Shown piece by piece: positions 23,560 through 34,575 of a DNA stretch of 64,000 nucleotides; position 1 is the first letter of the stretch; each line of letters opens with the position of its first letter. A model generated the notes under the pieces. It did no database searches. It saw only the letters and a program-made list of their open reading frames with translations, and was not told where the DNA came from. Source of the DNA: Octopus bimaculoides (taxonomy: Eukaryota); contig NC_068990.1 of the NCBI RefSeq assembly GCF_001194135.2, positions 94,385,856-94,449,855 of the forward strand. The letters are read 5' to 3'. Both the position numbers and the translations under genes were made by a program.

Positions 23560-24780
23560 AGACAGCTGCTGACAGACTGTTTTGCAGTTTGTTGACTGCT
23601 GCCAAGAGAGAAACAAGGCAGATGTTCTAACCAGGGTGAAAAAGGGTTAGGGGAAGAATCGAAGAAAAGGGTAGCATTGGTGTGTTGGTTAACTGACTCC
23701 GAACTAAGGAAACTATCATACCATGCACCAGCCGGGGGTGGGTAGGGCACTGTATTTCGCCAGGAGGATTGACAGAGCATCCAAAAAAGTGGTCAGGAAC
23801 TGTGACAGGTGTCAATCCATCAACCCTGCTCCAGGTGTGCATGAGCAGGGAAACATCTTGGTAGAGCACAACTGGAGATGACTGGCAGGGGACGTACCTT
23901 TCAATGGTTGACTGTGGGGATTGAGGGCAGGCACTGCAGACAAGATGGCACGTATTCTAAACAAGGTATTTTTAGAGCGGAGCGCTGTGGACAAATTGCT
24001 GATGGACAACAAGGTGGAAAGTGCACTGCTTTTTCAGAGCGGAATACAGGCCGAGTGGAAATGGGATTGTGGAAAGACATCATCAAACGATCAAGGTCAC
24101 AGCGGAAAGGGGACACATGTCTCACCGCTGGAAGCAGTATTCTGGTACAACAGGTTGCCCCGATCAGGACAGGCCGAAGAGTCCATGCCACATAGGGTGA
24201 TATTCAAATATGAATGGCAGCATCCAAGTAAACCATTGGGATGCCTTGTGGAAGAGAGAAAGAGAGAGAGGGCTTGTCTTCATGGAGGTGTGAAATGAAG
24301 TCTGGGTCAAGTTGCCAAAGGTAAGCTGCACAACTCAGTGGAACAGAGGAATGGTGACAGCTGCCAATTCCAAAAACATTTCTGTGGATGGATTGCTGTG
24401 TCACGTCTTAGATGTTCGTAGGATTGATGGTTCGTTGGATGATGATTGTGGAGAAGAGGAAGAGAATGAGGTTCCCAGCTTAAGAAGATCACAACGTACA
24501 AGGTGGGTGGGTGAAGTGAGGAGGTCATCTTTGAGATTGGGGGGGAGGGCGTGTGGGGATGAGCCAAAAGAAGAGGAAGCATGAGAAGGGAAGTGGGAGG
24601 AGAGAGGCGAGTACCAGCCACTTTTTGCTTGCCGGAGGCATCGTGAATGGATGTTAGGGAATTCGCTCCCAGGTTGGTCAGATAGCAGCTGCTTATATTG
24701 GGTGACAGGGGAAGGGCAGGATCGTCAGAGAGATTACTGCTAGACAAGTGTTGACGAGAGGGAGGCAGGTGAACCTCTTT
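23560..24780 (-). mobile_element. Degenerate Penelope-like retroelement (RT C-terminus plus GIY-YIG region)
   Basis: Frameshifted fragments resemble PLE motifs: YLDAAIHI..SPY (HSYLxxxSxHP...SIPYSQ), TALRSKNTLFRIR...GTSPASHLQLCST (RRxxNLRDxLVR...GTFPC..RCxTC), LEHLPCFSLGS (EQHLIFxLGTL). Confidence 0.7.
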
Positions 24781-24924
24781 TCATTTCCCATGAACAACAA
24801 AAACATACATAAAAGTGTAATCTCGTAATCTCTCTCTGACACACATGTATATAAAAATTACTTTAACAAGAACTGAGACAAAAACATTGGAAATGTTAAA
24901 CATTTTCAAAACCAAATTTCTTAC

Positions 24925-25052
24925 TTGTCGAGAAAAATTGTAGTTGTTGCTGACTTGAAGGCATTTGTGGTAAACATTACAAGGAATCACAGGTTCTGGC
25001 AGACACCTCAGGAACAATATCAAAGCACTGGTCACAGAATGGATACTACCAG
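24925..25052 (-). CDS. OCRL: OCRL exon (RhoGAP-like), downstream of the AT-AG minor intron
   Basis: (P)GSIHSVTSALILFLRCLPEPVIPCNVYHKCLQVSNNYNFSRQ; donor CAA|gtaaga. Confidence 0.92.
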
Positions 25053-26211
25053 CTACATTGCAGTCAAAGAAATATTATTTTAAAACATGTTTAACTTCTC
25101 TACAATTTGGCATGGCTGATGACTTAGTGGCCTACAAAAGAAGAGAGACTTGAAACAGCCTCAAAAACTATCTTTTTTTATCCATTTCTATTTCCCATCC
25201 AGAGACTTCCAGCCTGGCTCTTTCAATAATTTAATTATCAAGAGATTTGTTATACACAAGTTATAAATTTCAATATCTCAAGATGTTTAAATATTGTATT
25301 TGCAAAGGAAAGGGATTTCTCCAGAATCTATGACTCAGAAAAAAAAAAAAACAGGCATTTGTAAAGAGTGTATGAAACTGATTAAAATTGTTAAATCTAA
25401 GAGGAGCAAGTTGACATGGGCAGTAAGTTCCTGGAAAACCACAGTTTGGTTACATGTCCATAAAAATGCTATTTACTTTACTCTTGCCCTTGGCATGAAA
25501 GTCCCAATTTCAATCCTTTGATGTCTATTGCACCAGTACAATACAATAAAATATATTTTTCATTTCATTTAAAACCTGTGCGATTCCACAATACAGATGG
25601 TGAGAAATGAAGATGCAGGTCCTCGTATCTAATTAAGATAGGTGTGGCTGAGAAGCTGGTTTTCTGACCATCTGGGCAAGTGTCTTTTACTATAGCTTGG
25701 ACTCACCAAAGCATTGTGAGTGAATTTAGTAGACAGAAACTTTGAGAAGACCATTGTGCATGTAGGTTGAGTGGGGTTAGTACCATATGATACTAATAAA
25801 CAAGTATCCTTGTCATACAAGCAATATCTTCCATGAAAAACATGGTCCCGGGGAATCATAATACTTTCGCTGGAAACAGGAAGGGCATCCAGTGGTAGAA
25901 AAGGATCTACCTCAACTAATTCCATCTGATGTATGCAAGCATTGAAAGGTGAACATTAAAATAATGATGATAAGAATACAAAACAATGCAATATGGTTCT
26001 TTGCTTTAACATTTTTGTGATGATTTTAATGTCAACAAAGAAAAACAGAATAGGCTTTGAATTTCCTTCTGAAGACAATTTGAAAAATTTCAGTCAACCA
26101 CTATACAGCTATTGCATGGAATGGTAATAACATCCCATTTTATTCAATTAACATTTGATAGGAAAATTAACAAAAAGATTAATGGGATTAGGGTATTAAT
26201 TAAAAGGATAT
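25053..26211 (-). other. OCRL: U12-type (minor spliceosome) intron with AT-AG termini, 1159 nt
   Basis: 5' site C|ATATCCTTTT (26211-26202); branch TTCTTTGAC (25071-25063), then tgcaatgtAG|CT. Splicing gives ...PEKI-PGSIHSV, matching vertebrate PETIPGSNHSV. Confidence 0.88.
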
Positions 26212-26296
26212 GAATCTTCTCAGGAGCACCAGCATCAAGACAATCTCGAATTTGGTAAATTTCAGTATTGAGGCCATCTTGTTTGAAAAGGTCTTC
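26212..26296 (-). CDS. OCRL: OCRL exon (RhoGAP-like, arginine-finger region)
   Basis: ttttttacag|GAA; EDLFKQDGLNTEIYQIRDCLDAGAPEKI+C, then ATATCCTTT. Confidence 0.92.
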
Positions 26297-27144
26297 CTGT
26301 AAAAAAGATGAGAATTTTTCAACTGAATATTTTAACCAATTTTTTATTACATCATACATTTGGCATCATAAATTCACAAGTGATTAGACTGCAGCTTCGC
26401 TGGAGCATGGCCATGGAGAATTTTATTTGAATGAATTGACACAGTACTTATTCTATCAATCTCTTTTGCTGAACTCTAAGTTACGGGCATGTAAACACAC
26501 CAACATCGGTTGTCAAGTGGTGGACAAAGATACACACATACACATAATACATATATACACATGTATGATAGGCTTCTTTCAATTTCCGTCTACCAAATCC
26601 ACTCATGAGGCTTTGGTCAGCCTGACACTGATAGAAGACACTTGGCCAAAGTGCCATGGTGTGGGACTGAATCCAAACCATGTGGGTGAGAAGCAAACTT
26701 CTTACCATGTAGGCAGATCTGTAGTTCACTTGACAAATGTATGTATAACCCTTCGTGGGCCGGTGGAGGTCCCTTGGGACCCCAGCAAATTTTAAAAGTT
26801 ATGCAACTTTTACATTTTTTTTATTTAAATGATTTTATATCTCATGACTTTTATTGTCAATAGTTTATGTAGGCACATACAAATTTGGAGTTAAAAATTC
26901 CCAGTCCTATGGATGTTATAGCATCAAATATGGTCATTGGGGTCCAACTGGACCCCATTGGCCTTCTGTGAAATTATTCTTTCCTATTCCTTTTTCAGAT
27001 ATTCCGATGAACGACAAATCAATGTATTTTTTCTTTTATTCTTTTTGTTTTATTTTATATTTAGTGCTTTATGTATAATTTATAAAACTATAAAAAAGTG
27101 CTAAATTTCTTGTTCTGTACCATGCACTCACACATATATACATC

Positions 27145-27318
27145 ATCATCATCATCATCATCGTTTAACGTCCGCTTTCCATGCTAGCATGGGTTGGACG
27201 ATTTGACTGAGGACTGGTGAAACCGGATGGCAACACCAGGCTCCAATCTAAATTTGGCAGAGTTTCTACAGCTGGATGCCCTTCCTAACGCCAACCATTC
27301 AGAGAGTGTAGTAGGTGC
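27145..27318. mobile_element. Young RTE-tail SINE-like repeat with (CAT)n tail
   Basis: catcatc-gtttaacgtccgctttccatgctagcatgggttggacg...ggatgcccttcctaacgccaacc; near-identical to copies at 34400-34575 and 58630-58800. Confidence 0.85.
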
Positions 27319-27674
27319 AAACAAATATTACTTTATGGATAGTGTAGAAATGTGCAAAAATAAAAGGGGACCCTAATGGCCTTTAGTGTAATTCCAACTC
27401 TGCCAGCCTACGAAGGGTCAATACAAACTTGGGCTGACCTTGAGAGTGAAATTATTTGATAGACAGAAACTGTATGGAAACCAGTTGTGTGTGTGTGAGA
27501 CCCCATTGTCTCTGTGGCACAAAAACAGTGACGGTATTTATGTGTCGCAGTTCAGGGGCTTCATTTTGTTTGAAGACTAATGGAACGAAAATAGATTAGG
27601 CCTAAACAACTCTCATTCAACCCATGCCAGCATAGAAAAAGAAAATGCAGAAACAATGAAGAAATATACAGGCA

Positions 27675-28060
27675 CAGGTGTGGCTGCTGACCCAAGCAAA
27701 GCTGTGGCGTTAAAAGGTTGCTTTGCAACTGTGTGGTTTTGGGTTCAGTCCCACTGCACAGTACCTTGAGCAAATGTCTTCAGGGCTGACCAGTGCCTTC
27801 TAAATGAATTTGGGAGACAGGAACTGTGTAAAAGCCAGTCGATACACACACACACACGTGTGAGAGAGATTGTGGTTGTCCCCACCACACCCAACAATGC
27901 CTGACATCAATAGTGGTTTATGTCCCCATAACTTAGCAGTTCAGCAAAAGGAACTAACAGAATACCAAATAAGTCCAGGGGATGATTTGCTCAACTAGAA
28001 CCCTTCAAAGTGGTGCTCCAGCATGGTCATAAGCCAATGACTGAAACAAAGAAAAGCTAA
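27675..28060 (+). mobile_element. tRNA-related SINE (family 2) with internal (CA/GT)n
   Basis: ggtgtggctg...gggttcagtcccactgc..caccttgagcaa.tgtcttc...gacagaaactg consensus; related copies at ~16260-16330, 17160-17330, 19790-20170, 25640-25830, 26560-26710, 31760-31900, 38690-38810, 58340-58480, 62870-63170. Confidence 0.7.
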
Positions 28061-28558
28061 ATGATAAGATTATACGAAGTATAAATGTATACAAAGTGTT
28101 TGCTTTGTGGAAGTTTACATTTTATACAAAAAAAAAACAACATTTTATAGGAATTAGCTTTGAATCGAAATTCACATCTGTTTACCTCAAGAAAATAGAA
28201 TGGCAAAATTGAAAGCTTTCTTATTCAGCAGGACATCTCTTCAAAGCTGTATGGTGATGTAATGAATGGATGGATAAAAAAAATGTAGTCAGACTGTAAT
28301 ATATGGATTGTCTGATGTATCTAGGAGTTGTCATTACCTACCTTGGTTTAAGTTTTGACTATGTGAAATCATTGGCTCTATATTTATCGGATAGAAATCT
28401 GATATTTGAAAATGGATTATTAGAGCAAATTATTGTATTTTCAGTTAAGAAGAGTAGTAATTGCCATAGCATGGTTTGAACTGACAACTCCTTTGTTGTA
28501 AATCTTATAAATTACAGTCAATGAGTCATGAAAAAAGCTGCCAGGATAGCTTTCTTAC

Positions 28559-28675
28559 CTGTGATCGACCATATTTAAACAAATGATCAATTAAACGCCA
28601 AATCTCCTTTGGGACTGCATACAACCGACCTCCTGTGGCAGCAATATCCACATCCTTTAAACTACCTGGCTGTTC
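28559..28675 (-). CDS. OCRL: OCRL exon (start of RhoGAP-like domain)
   Basis: ttattcag|GAA...CAG|gtaaga; EQPGSLKDVDIAATGGRLYAVPKEIWRLIDHLFKYGRSQ. Confidence 0.93.
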
Positions 28676-30066
28676 CTGAATAAAAAGTGCAAACAATATT
28701 AAAGTAACTTGTAAAAATTGAATGTATTGAACACTGAGAATGTCACATGTATCACTTTCTCAAACGATGCCCACCTCCCATTTATATTAATTCTCATCTA
28801 AATATCATCATCATCATCATCATTTAACATCCATATTCCATGCTGGCACAGGTTGAATGGTTTAACAGGATCTGACAAGCAAGAAAGCGGCATTGAACTC
28901 CAAAGTGTATTTTGGCAAGGTTTTTATGGCTGGATATCCTTCCTAATGTGAACCCACTTTAGTGAGTGCACTGGGTACGTTTTTGGTAGCCCCAGCACTA
29001 GTGAGGTAGCTTGCAAGACAAAATCCCTTTGCAGAGTGGAGGTGCAATATTGAAGGAAGTGGCTTTGCACCAAATGTTGAAAGGGCAAGAACAGAGGTGT
29101 TGCTGTAGATAAGATAGATGGCTACCACAGCAAGGAAGGGAGAAGAAAAGATGGTGGAGAAGAGGTGCCAAGGTGTACCCTAAAGATACAAGAAGGTGGA
29201 TAAAAAGAGAATGACTGAGAATTGGGAATGGCTAGATGGGTAAATTTAGGAGAATGACAGATGGTTGAGATGAGAATAGAAGTGAACAGTGAATATAGAT
29301 CTTTCTTTTTCCTCCTTTTCATTCATAAAACGAAGTAATGAAGGTCAAAGTGTTTGTTAATCTTATTTTCACAAATTCCCTCAAGTTATTGGCAGGAGCC
29401 CACCCCACTCTCTTCTATCAAATAAATTCAGGTGTTTAGTTCCATATTCCAAAAGCAACAACAAAAAAAAAAAGGTATTTATTATATCATTCATACTAGA
29501 AAGGCCACTCAACTGATTAGCACTCAATCACTTAGAGACCCACCCCAGATGTGCTGTTTCCTATTGGTACCTTTTCTATTGAGACTATAATGGGTTCTGT
29601 TCTCTGGAGCTGGCTTGTACCTCTTTCACTTAGGCACAACTGGCCCACTTGTCACTCAACATCTCTTCAGTCCCATTATTTCTAATCCTTCCTCCCCACC
29701 AATCTCTGAAATCTTCTCTCAGCTCATATCTTTTCTGCAGTTATTGATTTGCAACAGTTCAATCACAACAATCAATTTCACTGGTCATAGCTATTTGCTT
29801 CTTCCTCCAGACTCAGCAAGCAAAAACAAAAACAAAAAAAAATGGTTGGTGTTCAGAAATGTGATTAATTGTGAACGTCTTTATCACAGTATTACATGTT
29901 GTAAGTTGATTTTTGTAGTGGTAGTCAGCTGTGTCTGACATGAAAAGAAATGTGAACAACGGTGACTGTTTTGAAGGAATTCCAAGACAATTCAAGACAA
30001 AATGGAGAAAGATAAGACCCCCCCCACACACATTGAAAGATTTTTTTTTTTTAAAGTACAACTCAC

Positions 30067-30177
30067 CAAATCTATTAGTTGAGCCACAGGCACTTCTCGG
30101 ATTGGTTGTTGCATTTGAATAAGAGCTTCTATAGAAGATCCAAAGCTGGTTGGAATGAAATTACCTGATACTGTGAT
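30067..30177 (-). CDS. OCRL: OCRL exon (ASH/RhoGAP hinge), downstream of the AT-AC minor intron
   Basis: ITVSGNFIPTSFGSSIEALIQMQQPIREVPVAQLIDL; donor TTG|gtgagt. Confidence 0.93.
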
Positions 30178-32081
30178 GTATATAAGTTAAAGAAGAAACA
30201 ATGTCACCAAAACTGTCAAGAGTATACGTCAAGGGTGTCACGAAAGGGTAGACTGTTACCTTTACAAGGGAGGCAGGACAACTAGTTAGGAAAAGATATG
30301 CAAAAATCACGATGGTATACAATACATCTTTCTCTTTTTTGCAGATTTAACACATGATGGCATCTCCTGCAGTGGATTTTGGTAAAATGGAAGCACGGGC
30401 GGTCATGAAGTTCCTCTTTTTGCAAGATGAAGGAAGATATGTGACTTTGGCTTCGAATTGGTAGACCAACCACCTTACTCTTCTGACTTGGCCCCTTCCG
30501 ATTATCCCCTCTTTCCACAACTGAAGAAACATTTCAAAGCAAAGAAATTTCACTCCAACTCAGAAGTGATTGCTGCTACAGAGGTCTGGTTGGAGGCCCG
30601 ACCTCCTGAATTCTTTTTACAGGGCTTAGAAAAACTGAAGGACCACTGCAATAAGTATATGAATCTGAAAGGGGAATATGTTGCATAAAGTCATAATCAA
30701 TTGATTCTTGTGTTTTCTTTTACCCAAAACCAGAAACTTCCCAGCAACCCCACCCTGTACAAGGGAGACATCATTGATTTCTTGCTCTGTTTCTCGTTTC
30801 TGCTTTGTAATGGAATCATTACAGAATTGTGGTTTTTGAAGCTGAAAATTTCCAACAGGTGTTAGGAGTTATTTTCCCCTATTTGTCTCCTTAGTATAAT
30901 GAGTAGTTATAGGGTTAGGGGTCAAACAAACGGCTCTCTTTTCATATCTTCTTTCCTCTCTTCCTTTGTCTCTCTTTGGAATCTCTTCCAGTATTTGATG
31001 AAAGACTATCTTGAAGAATGTTTATTGTTCTATAACGTTTTTTACCTTCATTGAGCGTCAACCTAATAATATTAACTGTGAATGTCCCTTGGACTTCTGT
31101 CGTTTTTTGTATTTAAGTTGCTTTATATCTATCAACACACACCTTTGTCTATCTTTCATTCTTATATAACTATTAACATTATAATGTGTCTTTGAAAGAC
31201 AAATAATAAGTAGTTGTAACATACTTGGTCTTTTTTAAAGATATTGAAAATGTAGAGAAAAGCTGTTTTCCAAGGGGGAACTGATACCATGCAATAAAAC
31301 TAACACAATGCATCAAGTAATTATACTCTACCAACTAACTAAACCCTTGGGAAATGGAAACTGAAATAAGCCTCTCTGTGTGTGTGTGTTTACATTTGTG
31401 CATCTGGAAATTGTTTCATTGTGGGTGGGGACATTGCTGTTTATATGTCAAGATTACTGCCACATGCCTAAAACAATCAATAAACCAACATGTATGATGC
31501 ACACTGGCACATACACACACACATGTGCAAGCATGTGTAATGTCCACTTTCTCATGCTTGCATGGTTCAGACAGAATATCTACAGTTGCATGCACTTCCT
31601 GTTGCCAACCTTCACCTATTTCTAAGCAAAGTAATATTTCACCATGACCAAGGACTGGAAACAAACAACCTTGCTGGTAGAGAGTGATGCTCATTTACAA
31701 TTAGCATGTGATGTCTAGACAAAGGTACACACAAACAAACACACATATATATGACATGGTTTGATACAGTTTTTGTCAGCCAAATTCACAAGGTAGCTGA
31801 CCTGGAGCTCTAGTAAAAGACACTTGCTCAAAATACTGTGCAGCAGGGGCTGAACTTAAAACTATGTGGTTGCCAAGTGAACTTCTTAACCACATGATGA
31901 TGTCTGCGCTGGTATCTAGAAAAAATTTGCTTACAATATCTGTAAGTTTTGGCTAGACCTATAAAATCTGTTTATTAAAATACCATTGATAATTGGCTAT
32001 AACTTGACTAACATATTATTGTTTTTCTATTTATTACTACCATGTTATGTTGTCCAACAATAAAAGCTATTAAAAGGATAT
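30178..32081 (-). other. OCRL: U12-type (minor spliceosome) intron with AT-AC termini, 1904 nt
   Basis: 5' site TTT|ATATCCTTTT (32081-32072); branch TTCTTTAAC (30194-30186), then ttatatAC|ATC. Splicing gives GGKDCF-ITVSGNF, matching vertebrate GKDYFLTISGNY. Confidence 0.92.
30345..30760 (+). mobile_element. Internally deleted mariner (Tc1/mariner) remnant inside the AT-AC intron
   Basis: MEARAVMKFLFLQ (N-terminal HTH start) fused to QPPYSSDLAPSDYPLFPQLKKHF...KGEYVA* (YSPDLAPSD motif). Right end ccagaaacttcccagcaacccc..gta is TIR-like; no left TIR seen. Confidence 0.85.
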
Positions 32082-32206
32082 AAAACAATCTTTGCCACCA
32101 ATAAGGTGAAGCACCAAGATGTCTTCAATTTTATCTTCATGACTGTTTAGTTTAGAAACAGTTTCTTCATCAACATACACCTCTAGCTCCACCTCTTGCA
32201 TACCGT
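32082..32206 (-). CDS. OCRL: OCRL exon (ASH domain)
   Basis: acgttgcag|AC; (D)[41 protein letters not shown]. Confidence 0.93.
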
Positions 32207-32580
32207 CTGCAACGTAGAAAGAAAAGGTACCAATTATTAACTCTTTTGTTACCATTTTTCTGCTGAAATACACTGATTTTGTTTCAATTAATTTTAAAAA
32301 TAAGAAAGAATTTAGGGTTAGGGTCTTGTCATTATAACCCTTGTCATTATTAAGCTAGTATTTGGAATAGAAATTAACATGGAACATATCTTGAAGGTAT
32401 TAACTGTTTCTCCTTCCTACCACAAACACAACAAGTTGAAAGATCAACTTGGTCATTGTAATAAGGCACAAAGAAAAATCAGGTGGCTCTGACTTCAGAG
32501 ACCTAACTAAAATGAAGAGGTCAGTGATAAAGATGATTAAAGAACATTAAAGTGAAAAAGATAATGACGAGTTTTCTTAC

Positions 32581-32677
32581 CTTGCTTAATAAATGCTTTA
32601 TATGGAGTAATCTTCAACCAGGGCTTGCAATAACTGTCTCCATTTAACTTTTTAATGAACTCAAATTCAACTAGCCC
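32581..32677 (-). CDS. OCRL: OCRL exon (ASH domain)
   Basis: cttttattag|GGG...G|gtaaga; GLVEFEFIKKLNGDSYCKPWLKITPYKAFIKQ. Confidence 0.93.
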
Positions 32678-33498
32678 CTAATAAAAGAAATAAAAGGGTC
32701 ATTTTGTTTCAAAGAGTTTAAGGAGTCATCATCATTATTATCATTTAATGTCCATCTTCCATAGAGGCACAGGTTGGATGCTTCGACAGGTTCCAACAAG
32801 CCAGAGAACTGCAGTAAGCTCTAACGACAGAAAGGGCATCCAGCCACAGAAACTATGCCAAAGCTAACACCAACTATTTTACTTGGTACTAGCACTAGTG
32901 AGGTCACCAAGCATCCTGCAAAATGAGGCCCCTTGAATGAGTGGAGGTGTAGTATCAACAGGGGTGGCTTTGTGCCATGTGTTGAGAGGTTAAAGTGTGA
33001 TGGGAGAGAGGGACAGGTGCCATACTGTCGAGGAGATACATGGCTACACCAGCTGGAAAGGGAGAAAGAGATGTCAGGGTGTACGGTCAAGGTGGAGGTA
33101 AGAGAGAATAGAGAGAAAGGGCCAGGAAGAGTGGATGGGTAAGTTAGCAAGAGTGTGAAAGGTTAGTGGCAGATGGACAGAAACGAAGATAGAGGTGAAT
33201 GCAGTGAATGAAGGACACAATTAGAGGTATGGTCAATGGAGAATCTCAATTGGAAAGTGGGGAGCAGGGGAAGGAAAATTGGAGTGGGTCAGGGAGGAAG
33301 TGGTGAGGAATGGTAACATATACAATAAAATTATAGTAATTATATCAGAGGCTTTCTGGTGTCACTTCATCCATCCCAATTCACTCAAATATAATGCAGA
33401 GTAGCCTTAAATCTTCCCCTACTCAAACCGTTGTGCTAATATGGGAAAATCAAACTGAAAATGAGTGAACAAAGAATAATTAAGATAGAAAGCTTCAC

Positions 33499-33567
33499 CT
33501 GGCCAGTATTGCTTACAACCACTTTCTGTTTCTTGGATTCATAAAATTTCACTTCACCAAAATTCAG
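33499..33567 (-). CDS. OCRL: OCRL exon (ASH domain)
   Basis: tttccttccag|CTG...CAG|gtgaag; LNFGEVKFYESKKQKVVVSNTGQ. Confidence 0.9.
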
Positions 33568-33642
33568 CTGGAAGGAAATGAATTGAAAAGATGTTTAAAC
33601 TTCTTTCTTTTTAAATTTATTTTAAAAAATTTTTTATTTTTA

Positions 33643-33675
<33 letters not shown>

Positions 33676-33748
33676 GAAAGAATAGCAACACTTATGCATT
33701 ATTTCTTTTTATAGAATTCATGGCTGAAGTGGTGAGAAATTGACTCAC

Positions 33749-33859
33749 TTCTGCAATGTCAATCTTAACTTGAGGCAGGTATTCATTTTCAAGTCTGTCT
33801 AACCGCTTCATGATATCTTCGTAAACCTTTTTGGATTTTTCTTCATCAACAACTTTCAA
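33749..33859 (-). CDS. OCRL: OCRL exon (phosphatase-ASH linker helix)
   Basis: tttttcag|TTG...GAA|gtgagt; LKVVDEEKSKKVYEDIMKRLDRLENEYLPQVKIDIAE. Confidence 0.93.
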
Positions 33860-34244
33860 CTGAAAAATATAAATTACAATTTGTGAATTTAAAGAAGTAT
33901 TCAGTGTAGAGAGAGAAAGCACCTGTTGGATATCTTATTTTCCAGAAATTACATACTTGTTTTTACATTTGTTGTTTTCAAATAAACAATTATGTGGAAC
34001 ACACATATTTGCCATTCAAAAATACGCAAAAACGTTCACTTCACTTACTGTATTAACAAATGCATGATCATTCTAGAAGCACTTCAATTTCAGCTGGGCA
34101 TATTCAGGGAAAAAAAGGTTTTAGTGCATTGAAGCCCAGCTTCACATACAGACCTTGGGGTAATTTTCAAGACATTTCATGGCTAAAAGTGCATTATATA
34201 TACCATTAAATATGGTAATGATTTATTATTTGCTATAAACATTT

Positions 34245-34575
34245 TTGTTGAGCGTGGCCGTTGCCAGTACCGGCTGACTGGCTCCTGTAGGATTTTCGAG
34301 CGAGATCGTTGCCAGTGCTCCTGGACTGGCTTGTGCGGGTGGCACATAAAAGACACCATTTCGAGCGTGGCCGTTTTCGTGCGGGTGACACGTAAAAGCA
34401 CCCACTACACTCTCTGAGTGGTTGGCGTTAGGAAGGGCATCCAGCTGTAGAAACTCTGCCAAATCAGACTGGAGCCTGGTGTTGCCATCCGGTTTCACCA
34501 GTCCTCAGTCAAATCGTCCAACCCATGCTAGCATGGAAAGCGGACGTTAAACGATGATGATGATGATGATGATGT
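34245..34575. mobile_element. Young RTE-tail SINE-like repeat (opposite orientation to the 27145 copy)
   Basis: Reverse complement of the same consensus, ending in (GAT)n. Confidence 0.85.
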
